From contig OZ176059.1 of assembly GCA_964247055.1 (NCBI GenBank), positions 2,852,001 to 2,916,000 of the forward strand: a stretch of DNA of 64,000 bases. The letters run 5' to 3'. The number at the start of each line of letters is the position of its first letter. The first letter of the stretch is position 1. The notes beneath the pieces are model-generated. The model was not told where the DNA came from. It saw nothing but the letters and a program-made list of their open reading frames with translations, and ran no database searches. Made by a program: the position numbers and the translations under genes. This stretch comes from Paragordius varius. Lineage: Eukaryota; Animalia; Nematomorpha. Of the stretch, positions 38,704 through 52,158 are shown piece after piece.

Positions 38704-40418
38704 ATGAAATTCATTCTTATATCCTTTTTGCTTATCTGCTTCTCTTTTAAAGCTTCTGAGGAAACCATTCCTAGTTCTTCGCAAAACGAAACATATAATA
38801 TAGGTACTATTATCAATTTTATTGTGAAATAATGTTACGCTTTTTGACAAAAATGTCGTTCCATATATTCTTATATTTTTTGAATATTAATATAGTAATT
38901 GGGAACACATCGAAATGTGATTGGCATATGATAGAGGATGACAACTTTAATGGTACATGCGAATATGGTGGTTCAATTTATGATTTTTCTAATAACACCA
39001 GCATAGAAAAGTTAATAATATTGCTCATAAAAGATGTGTCCAATGAATGCAAAAATATCGAGATATTTCAATGCAACTATATAAAATATGGGATGATAGA
39101 AGAGAAATGTGCAAATCTTTCAACAATTCAAGATATGTTGGGAGAGCTTAATTATACCACTACCAGTCTAGAATATTGTATCCACAATTCAACATTTTTT
39201 GTGCATTTTGAAAAAAATTTAACAGACCTTAGAATTGTTGATTTCGAATCAAATATTGACCATACCTCGGAATTGTTAAGGCTATTGTCTGCACAGATAA
39301 TGGTTAAATCACTTACCCTAGAAGTAAAGGGATATGAAGAACAAGATTTTAACTGGACCGTATTGAATCATTTTAGAGAGTTGGAAAGAGCACGATTATA
39401 TATTGGCAATGTACGTTTGGTAGGAAATATTAGTCATCCAGGCATAGAGTATTTATCACTTAATGCCAAATTTGATAATACGATGCGTGTGAATTTGCCT
39501 GCACTAAAAAGATTAGAGATTGAGTCATATGCAAACACTTTTGCTGTACAAGGTTTGACATCAGCCAATGAAGTCCTCTTGGACATTGTGGATAATTTTT
39601 ATGATCTGACTGACATATTCAAAAATTTTCCCAATGTTCGTTCCTTATTCATAAATGGCAGATTATCTCATATGCGGAACATTAACATCTCATTCTCCTC
39701 ACCATCCTTCCCCGAAACTCTCAACACTTTGAAAGTGATGTATTGCACAGTAACGCCGGACACTTTTCAAAAACCAAATCATATCAAAGTTTTAGATTTA
39801 AATTTTGTGTATGGATTAGGGACCTTGAAACCCATTGAAAATTGGAGTCAACTACAAAATTTGACAATAAAACACGGTAAAATTACATCTGGTGATCTTT
39901 CACCCGCTTCGTATAAACATTCAATAAAACAAATTAATTTGGACTACAATCGTTTGATATCATTTGACATTTCGGTGCTTTCAACTTTTCCAAAATTGAG
40001 CAAATTTTCAGCCTATAGTGCAGGACTAAACAATATAACCGGCTGGAATCGTTTACTTAGCAAAGACAGAATCAATAAAATAGAGATAGATTTGGGAGGT
40101 AAGTTTAATTTTGTTATAAAAACACTAGTTTAATTAACCTTATTTAAGTGTGCATTTAAGAAAATGCTTATTTGAAATTTAAATAAATTCAACTAATTTA
40201 TCATTCGAAAGAAAGTGTAAAATTATTTTTTCACGATTATAATATGCATTACATCAAATATATATTTTAAATATTTTTTCAATCTAGGTAATGAATACTT
40301 TAACGATGTTAGTAATGAAGTGTTTAGTTTGAACTATACCACTTATAATACGAGGGATAAGTATGACTTCAAAATGTCAGGCACCAGATTGAATAATTTA
40401 TATTTTAATAGATTGTAA
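38704..40418 (+). CDS. Secreted leucine-rich-repeat protein, copy 2 (3 exons, about 477 aa)
   Basis: Exons 38704-38803 (signal peptide MKFILISFLLICFSFKASEE), 38896-40098 and 40288-40418, all GT-AG and in phase; LRR-type segments LKRLEIES, IKVLDLNF, LQNLTIKHGKI and IKQINLDYNRL; many N-x-S/T sites. Additional 3' exons cannot be excluded. Confidence 0.8.
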
Positions 40419-40925
40419 ATTTTACTCTTTAATGTGTTATTATATTATGGTGTTGGGCTTTACATATAATAATCCGCTTTTTTTAAAGGACATATCTGTG
40501 ATTGTGACCGCTTTGAATCATAACCAGACGAAAAATCAAAACATGTGTTTTGAGAAAATGATTTAAAAAATTGTAAAATATTAAAATTTTTGATCATTCC
40601 AATAATACCATTAGTTAATTACTTTGATTCTTATTGTAATTTAAACTGATCATAAACCGGTAATGATTGTTTTACTGGTGAACGCATCATTATACAAATA
40701 ATTCATTACTAATTTATTGTACTAAAAAATTAATTTTACATATATGTAATGATCAATGTTCAAATTATCACAATAAATTTGGTAATATAGATCTTGTTGA
40801 AGAATTTCAAATATTGCACCATATAAGACAATACATTTTGACATTTTTTCCCTATATAATACGGATAAAATAATATATTTTTGGATAATTAAAATTGAAA
40901 CAAAATAAAAATTAAGGATTTAAAG

Positions 40926-40966
40926 CAGTGATACTCAAACCGCGGCCCGCGGGCCGCATGCGGCCC
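40926..40966 (+). mobile_element. hAT (Charlie/SPIN-type) left terminus
   Basis: CAGTGATACTCAAACCGCGGCCCGCGGGCCGCATGCGGCCC, a typical GC-rich hAT end; partner end not found. Confidence 0.7.
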
Positions 40967-40972
40967 TAAGAG

Positions 40973-41452
40973 TTAAATGTTGTGGATGCTTGTTTAAAAA
41001 ACCCATAAGATTGGTTAATATAATTTGATTGTTGAAATGTTGTGGATGATTGAGAAAAATACCCATATAAGATTGGTTAATATAATTTGATTGTTTAAAT
41101 GTTGTGGATGCTTGTTTAAAAAACTCATATAAGATTGGTTAATATAATTTGATTGTTTAAATGTTGTGGATGATTGTGTAAAATACCCATATAAGATTGG
41201 TTAATATAATTTGATTGTTTAAATGTTGTGGATGCTTGTTTAAAATACCCATATAAGATTGGTTAATATAATTTGATTGTTTAAATGTTGTGGATGCTTG
41301 TTTAAAAAACCCATATAAGATTGGTTAATATAATTTGATTGTTTAAATGTTGTGGATGATTGTGTAAAATACCCATATAAGATTGGTTAATATAATTTGA
41401 TTGTATGAAAGTTGTGGATGATTGTGTAAAATACCCATATAAGATTGGTTAA
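40973..41452. repeat. 62-bp satellite, array 4 (about 8 units)
   Basis: Same consensus and orientation; TTTAAATGTTG variants like those in array 1. Confidence 0.95.
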
Positions 41453-41459
41453 CCCATGT

Positions 41460-41800
41460 TATTTTTTGTAAAAAATCTATACTAAACATAAATTTAAAGA
41501 CCAGCGAGTTTTTTATGAAAATGAGGTATTAGAAATGTTTTATATCATATTAAAAATTTTATTAAATGCATCATTCACCAAATCAGGGGTTATAAGAAAT
41601 ACGTTAATTACATTATTTATGAGCTCGATTTCATTGTCTGAAATTTTTAATAAAATTTTATTGAAATAAGTATTTATGACTGTGCTGAATTTATTAATTA
41701 AGCCTAACGAAACCAAAATTATAATATGTTTAACCGATTTGAACTCTTTAATAAAATAACCATTAAATTTCAACCTAATTTTTTTGATTGATTGAAGAAA
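41460..41800 (-). pseudogene. Possible transposase relic (MULE-like)
   Basis: ORF 41773-41540 ends VFLITPDLVNDAFNKI, loosely like the MULE LAFxPxxxVxxAFxxL segment; weak resemblance only. Confidence 0.2.
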
Positions 41801-42136
41801 ACAAAGTTAATCCCAAATCCTACAAATACCCCATGAATATATAAAGTTTTTTCGTGTTTCCTTAACATTCAGCTAATAAATGAGCAGACGTATTATTCGC
41901 TTCATGTCTTGCACTATTATCTATTTTAGCTTTATTTTAACCTTAAAACTTAAAATAGAACTATGAACTCTATAACAAATATACATATATATATATATAT
42001 ATATATTCATTTTTTAGCTATTACATGTTATAAATGTGTATGGCGTAAAAATTTGAATGCTTATGCGGCCACATCGTTGCTTTTAAACTTTATTAAACCT
42101 ATAATCATTAGTACAGTATAATTAGTTAGTACATCA

Positions 42137-42679
42137 ATGTGGTTGGTAGGTATAACCATATTCATACTAAAGTATTTGGAACAAACATATTTCACCGCTA
42201 AATGCAAAACTCAACTCAAACCCATAGAAATTGGCCAAACGCCGCCTCAAACCAAATTAGCAAAAATAATTTCCAATATTAGCCCCTCTCCTTCACATGA
42301 GTTGTCCCATTCTCCTGTTTTAACGGTTCAAGATTCAAACCATACTCTTGATAATTTGATTGTCAAAAATTTTACAATTCTATCTTCGGCCACGTTTCAA
42401 CCATCTTGTGTATCCACAAACCAATCGGGCCTACCAAGTTTACCCAAAACAGGAGAAACAGAAATAGATTGTAAAACCTTGGACGCTACAAAATGCCTCA
42501 AAATCTTGCTCAATCAAATCCTTGTAAATGAAACTATATGGGTTAAAAGTATGAGCCAATGTCTACCCATCCGTGAACTTCCACAAATTATTGAATTCCA
42601 ATCACAACTCATAAATTACTATCAGCTGATCACGGAACATATGACATTGTTGTTGAACGCTTACAAACACGCTTTCTAA
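42137..42679 (+). CDS. Hypothetical protein (180-aa ORF, possibly a terminal exon)
   Basis: Long ORF with GC above background, Ser/Pro/Thr-rich middle and helical-looking C-terminus; no recognised domain; 5' structure unresolved. Confidence 0.5.
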   Translation: MWLVGITIFILKYLEQTYFTAKCKTQLKPIEIGQTPPQTKLAKIISNISPSPSHELSHSPVLTVQDSNHTLDNLIVKNFTILSSATFQPSCVSTNQSGLPSLPKTGETEIDCKTLDATKCLKILLNQILVNETIWVKSMSQCLPIRELPQIIEFQSQLINYYQLITEHMTLLLNAYKHAF

Positions 42680-43501
42680 AATACACAAAAAAATTATTTA
42701 ATATTATAAATTAATTTATTTATATAACTATTGTATTTGTTGTAATAAATTTAATACCATTAAGTATGTGAATAATGTGTGATGATATATCAAAAATAAT
42801 ATTATAAATATATTGAAATAAATTTAAAATTACAAAAAATAAATATTACACACCATTTTTTTGGCTTATTTTGCATAACTGTGGTTAAATTTATGATAAA
42901 TACAGTATAAAAATTAATATGTTATAAAATATTTTTTATATAAATTTGGCACAACTTTTTTTTCAAATACAAAATATGTATGTATATATGTATGTAATTG
43001 TTAAATGTGTTAAAATAACTTATGAACTCTTAAATAAGATTGGTCCCAAATGAGAAATTGTGCACGTTTAAATATTTTTCACAAAGTGTGAGTATTTAAA
43101 TAAAATAGCTCAAATTAATCTATTTTTTTATAAAAAAAATTATATAGGTATATGCATTTTTTTTGATCCTTTGAAAATATTGCGTTCCTTTACTATAAAT
43201 TATTTTGCATAAAAAATAAAAATCATATATTTTTGCAAAAATACCATATAGATATTAAATATATAAATAAATAACAATACTTCCAGTATAGATATTAATA
43301 CCCAGCACACATCACATTATAGTGCATATATACATATATGTATATTATAAGTTTTATCTTAGTTCTCAAACAAAAAAAACAACATAATTTAAGTAAAATT
43401 CCTCAACAAAACAAAAATAACATATGCAATTATCAACAAGGTTAAGTTCATCCGGTCCCTTTTCGCCAGGTGAAAGAAAAAGTTAGCGATCACGTGACCG
43501 G

Positions 43502-46500
43502 TCATAACGGTGATTTATGTATCTTTCGCTCAAACATCCAAAGTTGTGTAGCAATGCTATCACTACAAGGCGCTAAATAAATGTCCTGTTCAGCTTTGCG
43601 GTCCGCCATATCGACGCACAAACCCGATTTCGCGTGCTTTATATGGACCAAGGTTGTCTAAAACATAAGGGAATAACGGAATAAAGATATATATTTTCGA
43701 AAAAAGCGACAAATATAATTTTAAAATAACAATTCTCCGATAAATAATGTAGGTTTTTAAACATTGGACTTACGCAATATACCATATATCAAACACAAAG
43801 CTCTAGGATTCAAAATTATTAAGTTGGTATACACCAAACATGCTAACATTTCCAATCTAAAAATTTATTCCCCTTAAAATACAGAATTTAGAGTTAGTTG
43901 ATAAAACAAAGTATACCGTTAAATAATGATAGAAAAAAATAAAAGGATGTATGGCGAAAGCAAAAGCCACGACTTAAATTAAAACTAATCTGTGTACACA
44001 AATTTCTTGCCTAATTTAAATTACTAATTATATACCTCCCAAAAGTTGTTTTGTTACCAAATAAGACCAAATTAATAAAAAAAATGATTCCAAAACAAAA
44101 CTATTTCATTAAAACAAAACATTTTTGGAATTAAAAACGAAATATATGACTCCAAAAATATGGTTGTTACATTCAAACGTAAATTATTAAAAAGCACCAC
44201 TTTTTCAATTAAACGCAACAGCATTTTAATTTTGTAAACAATATTTTTCGATTCAAAATGAAGCCTATATGTTGTTTAATTCAAACGCAAATTTTTATTA
44301 GATAACACATTTTACCTTAAAATAAAACTTTTTCTGTTTTACCTTTACATGTATAAATGTTCTCCTTCTAAATGTAGCGGAAAAAATGTCTTTAATTTGC
44401 AATTATGTTACATGAATTCAAAATCAAATTAAAATCAATCAAGGATAAATTAATTTAAGATAACATCATACATCGCCCTTAAAAGGTGTGAGGGACCAGG
44501 TATGAGACTTAGCTTCCCAGGCATTACAATCTACCATGGTTACTCTGGGCTGGGCGCTAATGGCTTGGTGGTTAATACCTAACGGACCAACAATGTTATT
44601 ATTATTGCTGCCAACGTAACTTACGGCACAACTATCCTCCATACGTAACAATCCATTCAGATCTAATGAAAACATCTGAAGCAAAAATATATATGCACTA
44701 AAAAAATGTAATTTATTATTTCAAAGATAATAAAAATCAATCAATATATGTCATGGCACAAACGAGTAAAAGATAAATTTTAAGATTTACGTTGTAAAAT
44801 TAAACATCGTTTTTTAAAAAAAGAATCTATCTACTTTTTGTGTAAATTTTTTAATACCAACCGAACATTGAAAATAACTCAAATTTATGGACTTATATAT
44901 ATATATATAGAGCAAAGTTTAAATTATAAGATGGCTAAAATAAAGTAAAAAATTAAGTATTATAACTGACGTTAATCAAAAAAAAGTTAGTTAGTGTGCA
45001 TAACATATCACCTATTAAAAGGTTCGTAAAATATAAAGTTAAAGATCCCTTATAACTCCATAATTAACATCTTCCCGACACACAATTATATAAAAATATA
45101 ATAAAGCATTATCCTGTTAATTCTAATCGAAAAAAACTATAACATTTACTTTTACATATTTTACACTCCTTTTTTTACAAACATCACTGTAATTAACTTG
45201 TAGATAATTTATATTTTCTATGAAATTTTCTGTCAAACAAATTTTACCTCTTGTGAACTTGCTCCTTGACACCAAAAAAGTCCAATGTGTTGATTTACTT
45301 TAAGGTCTCGGCCCAACATATCCCAGCACAAACCGGTAGCTTCATTCTTTACCTTTTGTGTAGTAAATTTGATTTAAAAGATAAATATTAAAGTGCAGTA
45401 TGCATTTTAATGGTTAATTCATACCACTTTAGTTAAGCAATTTGCTGTGTGAAAAAAAAGAAAAAAGAAAGGTAAAATTGAATATTCAACATTGTGATGT
45501 TTTTTCCTTATACTAATGTGTTGCAAATTGCCCAACTGTAGTGGGAGGGTGAAATAAGCAACCATTAAAATGCTACTGTATATAGTATTCACATTAAGGT
45601 TAGTCAATTCACCGTATTTTTTACTGATTGGCATCACAGTAGCGTAGTAAAAAAATAAATGGTTGTTAAAATTACAATATTTTTCCATCTTACAACATTA
45701 AATTTTATTTAATTATGGATAAAATTTGTTTTATATCATGCGCTACCGTATTACCAATTAGCCAACAATAATGTGAATTCACCAACATTATTATGCATAC
45801 TATATACATACATATAGAGAGAAATAAGTTATAAAATTATTGAGTCTCACCGCATATTAATGCAGTTATTAATCTCAAAAATGTATAAAATTCAAAGCTA
45901 AAAATAATAGTTAACCATTTAAATTGTGCTAAAAGTGTCAATAACATATTTATAAAAACTTGCGAAAATTTATAGATTTCACAAATTTTGCACACAAATC
46001 AAAGTTTTAAATCATATGATAAAACATAGTCGTTTAAAGGTTTCTGGCTTTTTTTACAAAATGTGCGGTAAAAGTCATATACATTAATGCAATTCCAAAC
46101 CCTAAATATTTGATAAAATTTCAGGGTTAATGACAAAAATATTATGAAATCATAGAAGTCTCAATTATTTAAACAAATTAAATTAATAAACACTCCTTTG
46201 AATTTATATTGTAATAATTTTATTAAGTTATTATAGTATCACCTTGCCGTAAGCCAGCACATTTTCATCTGGGATAAATTTTTCAGGGTAAACATTATCA
46301 AGGAACCATTTAAAATCGTGACACATTAAGCGTTGTCGTATGGCTTTACGTTCCGTCAAATCACCTACCTCTTTATTCTACATATAATACAATAAAATTA
46401 AATAACTCTAACATATCCTGTAATATATAAATTCAAATTCACCCTTGAACGTTTCAAATTCATCCTAAAAATAAATTAGTGTTTTCGGGCTAATATAACT

Positions 46501-49500
46501 CATCATTAATATGAAATATATATTCTGGCAGAGCCTATTTTTTATTCAAAATGTCATTTTTCGTAATAATATAAAATATAAATAATAAAATAATCTTAAA
46601 ATAACAACATATTGATCACGTTTATTAAAATCAAAATGGTTGACACTTAACTTTCATGTGAAAAAATGCGTAATTATATATATATGTGTATATAATCTTT
46701 TTAAGATATACCAACCAAAACTTAATCCTAATGCATAAAGTATTAATTCGTAAGCTTTTAAAAACGGCAAAAGTTTTTTTGTGCTCACCTTAAGCCATTC
46801 CTCATTTCAGTTATTAGGGTTTAATATTTGTTTTTTAATTATATTTTTTATTTCAATATATGGTTAGACCTAGATGATAGTGTACGTCTTGGCAAATTTA
46901 TCTAACAATGGTAATCAAAATTTACAATTTTATCATCTACCTATCTTACAAGATATCTTGTTAGTTGTAGAAATTCTATATTTATATGGTTTTGAAGTTT
47001 TTAAATTGTGATATAATAAAGTTTTGTTTTGGCATATAAGTTGGTTAAAATTACACTGCATTTCGCAATAATAAAATATGTATTATAAATTTTATTGTAA
47101 CAACATTTGCGAAACCAATTTCGCAAAAGAATTAATTGTAAATATACCAAATAATTTGTGCGATACATATATACATACATATCAATATTTTATTTAATAC
47201 TAAATTTTAACAAAATGCCATGCATGCATTTATGCTATTTACTATATATTTGACAACATCAGTTTAATTCTAATACTTAAACAAACAGATCCCACTAAAA
47301 TATGACACTACATATTTATATGATAACATACAAATTTTTTGGTTCAACAGTTGGATACAACATATCCATTTTAATCCTTTGATTCAAATTGGGGTAGATA
47401 AATACCCCAGTCTGTTTAAAATTAAATTCTTTAAAAAATATGGAAGGGTTTAAAATTAAATTCTTTAAAAAATATGGAAGGATTCTGAAACCATGGCAAA
47501 ATCTTGCACTTATATAACATTGAAATATACTAAAAATTTTATTCAAAAATATTTGATATTACTTATTTTAAGCTAAAACCGAAAGGTAAAAATTTAGTCA
47601 ACGTGGCATGGGTGCAATGGTAAAATTAAAAAAAAATACAAAATAAATATCAATGTTAGATGTAATTTAGATAAAAAATTAGCCTTAATTTTACCCTTAA
47701 AATTAAATGAAGACATTTTTTGCAGAAATTTTGGAAAATAAAAATGGCATCCAAGTAGTTTGACATGGAACTTTTTTTCAAAACAAAATTTTATTTAAAT
47801 ATTTTGGCATAAGTATATAATTTTTATTAGGATAGAAGCATAAAATTGGAACCGTTTCCGTCAGTAGTTTTTTGCAAATCCTAACTCAAATTTAGTCAGG
47901 GGTATTTAGATACCCCAATTTGAATCGAAGTGTTAATACAGTTAAAACAAAAAAAACAAATATAAAAATAAAACAAAAAAGCCAAAAACTTTTAAATCAG
48001 TACGGTAGGCATAGTACAATCGTATATAATCATCCATCCAAACACGAGCCATACGTAAACTATTGAGCCCGTGGGTATCCTGTTTATCAGCGGGCCATTC
48101 AAAGGGATGTGTTGCTCGAAATATGTGCCCCACATGGGAACAAGGAATAAATTCTAAACTACCATGACATTGCCAAACCTAACGAAATTACAGTAAAAAT
48201 TAAAATTATATACGGAGGACAAAACGATTATAAAGACAAATGTTTTTTTTTTCTAAAAGACAAAACCACCATATTTTTTGAAACCTTAATTTTTATAACG
48301 ATAACTCATAGAGTTTCAAACTATAAAGTAGGAAATAAAATGTAAATTGATAAAACAAGAAATTTATGTGGTATACAATTGTAATGAAATGGCTTTAATA
48401 GGATAAACTAAGGTGTGAAAAATATCATTGTCTGTTAGAAAAAAAAATTGTCTGTATATTTTTACGTTTTATCCGTATAATTTCAGTTTTTACTGTAATT
48501 ATAAAGACATGACTATGACGACGAGTTCTAGCGCAATTTACATGGTAGTAAAAAGACATTAAAGAATAATATTTCTTTATAAAAAATTTTGATGCTTGAT
48601 TTCATCTCAAACTAACATCATTGCCAAAATTATCGCAATAAATAACATGGCAAAATGGTTAGAATTATAAGGAAACTCTAAGACTTAAATTTTGAAAAAA
48701 ACAACATTTTTTTGAACAAACCTAGCGCAATCAAAATATTTTAAAGTGAAATAAGTAGAGCTTAGATAATCATTAGAGTAGAAAATTATAATGTATAACC
48801 AATCAAAATAAAATTTTGATTTTATTCATTACCTGTTTTGGAAGGGGGAGTAAAGATGTCGCGATGTAAATAGTTATAGACTCAATCATTTATATTATTA
48901 GGATTGTAATAAAATAATATTGTTTTTATAAGTAAAATTAAGAATCAAAAAGAAAGATTTCCATCAAACAAAATATCATTAGCCTTTTACTTTTTTATAA
49001 TTTATTTATTGTAAAGTAAGAATGTATTAATATTGTGATTTATATGCAATTTAATTCCTTTTATATAAATAACGAGACAATGCCTTACTCTAAATGAAAG
49101 TTCCAAATTTTCGCCACCCCAAATCTCCATCCCTTCATCATAGTACCCAATTTGTTGAAAGTAGGCTTTACTTAAGGCAAATAAACCACCAGCCATGGTT
49201 GCAGATCTATAAACATGTTTAAACAGATACATATATTTGTAAATTTTTCTTTCAATTTTAACTAATTAACTACTATGGAACTCATCTATGAGAGTGTTTA
49301 ACTTCACACAAAAAAAGTTAATTCATGCTTATCATTCTAATTTTTAGATTTCTGATTAATGTGAGAGATTTATATGGTCTAAAACCAATAATAAAGGTAA
49401 ATAATGTTAATAAAATTTGGCCACACTTAGCATTTGTTTGGACTAAAAATATCTGTGTATGTCTCTAAAATTTATAAAAATTTCATCAGTATTATAGGGT

Positions 49501-52158
49501 GTACATCCCTTAAAAAATCAAATTTTTGCGGCGCTTTAAAAAAATTTCGGTGAATATACCACTGCTCTAAACTGTACTGTTTATATATACCATTTACAGC
49601 TCAAATTTACCCTTGTACAATTCAAATCCATCTTAAAATAAATTATGTGTAGTTTAACATTAAAAATTACCTATATTCTTTTATATATATATTCAAAAAA
49701 TGAAATATTGTTTAAAATCAATATAATATTGAAAAACTAATAAACTATGTTATAAAGGTAAATTACATACAAATGATAAGTTATATTAACTTGAAATCAC
49801 ATAAATTATTTTTAGGGTCAATTTGAATTGTTTAAGGGTGAATTCGAATTGTTCAAGGGTGAATTTGAATTGTTCAAGGGTGAATTTGAATTGTTAAGGG
49901 GTGAATTCGAATTATAAATGGTGTATACATAGTTAAAAACCCCAAAAAAATCATAAAAAAATACTCATAAGGGTCAATGGCTGAGGTACGTTTATTCTTG
50001 ACCCGTTGACTGACTGGGATCCATGTAAAGTGAAGGGACCATGTAAACCCCCCAACTGAAGCACCAAATGAATGACTAAACTCTAACGTTTCATCATTTA
50101 TGCTATCAATCATGGGACATAACACTACGTTAGGTTTATCCTTTATGCGTTGTAGGAGCGGTTCCGCCCTATAATTATAATAAATTTGACATTTAAAAAA
50201 GATTAGCATAGCTTAGCTTTTAGAGTTGCAATATAATTCATCTATTAATTGTGGGAAATAAACCGAGTTTAATCTATCCATAATAATGCATTGTAAAAGT
50301 GGTTCAGCCTGCAATTTTATTTTTTATGGGTGACACATAAAATTTAGAGTCAAAAATGTTGTTTTTTAGTGTTTTTAAATAATAAATAAGCGTTTGTACG
50401 GAAAAATATGGTAGTAGGTTTTTCGAACCAATATAAGTTATATTTAAAGAACCAACGGTGACATATTAATAAAGTTGTTCACAAACTGAGTGTTAGTATA
50501 TAAATTCCATTGATATAAAAGAAATTAAGAAGGACGATATGGTGATAAATAAATTAAAAAACTTTTCGAGGTCCAATAGTTGGTGAGATACTATGTTTTC
50601 AAATTTGTTGTGTCTTTAAAAAGAGATTAAGGATTTTACAGGTTGTTATGCTTATACTTAGGAAAACGACATATATACAGGAAAATCTTTAAAAAAACAT
50701 GAAATTATTTACATGCGACGGACATGCCGGTGCATAAATGCTAGGATAGAAAAAAGAGTTATTTGACCTGGTAGGTCTAAATCAGAATATCAAAAAACTG
50801 AACATACACCCTATTAAAAAAAGGAAAAAAACTAACATTTTCGACCTCAAAAAACTTTTTTTATACACACGCATACTATATAAAATAAAAAGTGTTAAAA
50901 ACAATTATAATAATATGTACCAGCCAACATTAACTTCACAATGGGCATCCAGAAATACTAGAACTTGACCTTGGGCCAACCGAGCCCCGGCAACTTTGGC
51001 TTTGATAAGGCCTAGCCGTTCACGACTCCGATATATTTTAACCAGGTGGGCTGGGAAATTATCTTGGACATAATCTTTAAGGGGTTTACCCAATTCCTCT
51101 ATGGAAAGAAAAAGAAAAAATAAAATTAAACTTTTAGCTGTCTGAGAGTTGTAATGATAACCCGCTTTAATTTGTTTTCTGTACACTCTCTTTTTTTAAT
51201 TTCCTGTTCTGGGACTGATTTTGTCCATTTTAGAAACTATAAATATGGAGTAAAACAAGAAATACTGTCTTAACATTTTTTTTCAGCCTAATTTTATTAA
51301 CATAAAATCATCATTTAACAAATATACTGCTACTATAGGTAAATAAAAGTCTTTTAGATAAAATATATATTATCAACAACGGCATCATAGGATAATCGAA
51401 ATTGTTGTTAAGTATTAGTTTACTTTATCGCCGAAAAATTTTAATATTCTTTGTCTTTATATAATTTCTAATTTGTAATAACCTTTATCACTGACATCGT
51501 CATATAAAATTATTTCATGCAAATATTTAGCGGGTGTCCTGTTAATCAAACTCCAAATAAGGCGTAAAATAGCGGATATAGCTTCATTATTGTAAATTAT
51601 GATAACGCTAGCGGTTGGAAGGTCATTATCATACAAAACTGATAAACATCTATTGCGATTAAAAAATAATTGAATAAATTTAATAAACGAGTGATAATTT
51701 GTATTAACGTAAATATAATCAATCATTTTTCGAAAATAGGATATAACATTAGTAGGCATAATTTGTTCTCATCAAATAATAAAAAAAAATAGAAACTAAA
51801 AAAAGGTATGTGATAACAATTTTAGGATATGGAATATTTACTCGGACGGTCTATTATCAGGTATCGTTCTGTTAAGCGGAATTTTATTACTGAGAACGGC
51901 ATTGAAAGAATTGCTTTTGAAAGTTTCATTGTGTTTCGCAATATCTTTTGGGTTAGTTAATTTAGCTGCCCTCCCATCCTTGCCAAGGTTGTAATCTACA
52001 TCTTTAAAATATTTAGCATAAGAGGGCTCATGTGAAAGAAAATTTTGTATTGTTTCATAATCCGTGACATTGTATATCGTTAATGTCAACAAAATACATG
52101 CAAGCAATTTGAGAATAATACTCCTATTACGAGGATATCTTTTCCGGCTAAGAAACAT
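43502..52158 (-). CDS. GALNT: Polypeptide N-acetylgalactosaminyltransferase (GT27), 10 exons, about 590 aa
   Basis: Exons 52158-51842, 51649-51483, 51098-50921, 50168-49965, 49206-49089, 48178-47990, 46377-46243, 45352-45248, 44675-44472 and 43657-43502, all in phase. Type II TM anchor, [15 protein letters not shown] (DxH), [30 protein letters not shown] and a C-terminal ricin-B lectin (GLCWD, GLCVD, QLW). Confidence 0.96.
45396..45578. mobile_element. MITE family C in a GALNT intron
   Basis: CAGTATGCATTTTAATGG ... CCATTAAAATGCTACTG|TA; CAGT-type end typical of Tc1/mariner. Confidence 0.7.
46425..46550. mobile_element. MITE family A, left-half fragment
   Basis: AATTCAAATTCACCCTTGAAC...GTGTTTTCGGGCTAATATAACTCATC matches family A. 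Confidence 0.55.
47348..47932. mobile_element. MITE family B in a GALNT intron
   Basis: CAGTTGGATAC ... GAATCGAAGTG|TTAA; colinear with 8942-9517. Confidence 0.8.
49588..49923. mobile_element. MITE family A in a GALNT intron
   Basis: TACCATTTACA ... TATAAATGGTG; 20-bp TTGTTCAAGGGTGAATTTGAA repeats at the right end. Confidence 0.75.

Noticed and set aside
38832-38895. ORF-track N-terminus MLRFLTKMSF... and C-terminus ...KFNFVIKTLV of the LRR gene
   Set aside because: Both read into introns; splice sites match between the paralogs apart from copy 1's mutated exon-2 donor.
40419-40700. Possible LRR C-terminal cap (NNPL...HICDC) after the stop codon
   Set aside because: Needs a frameshift and has stops in both paralogs; no convincing splice path found by eye.
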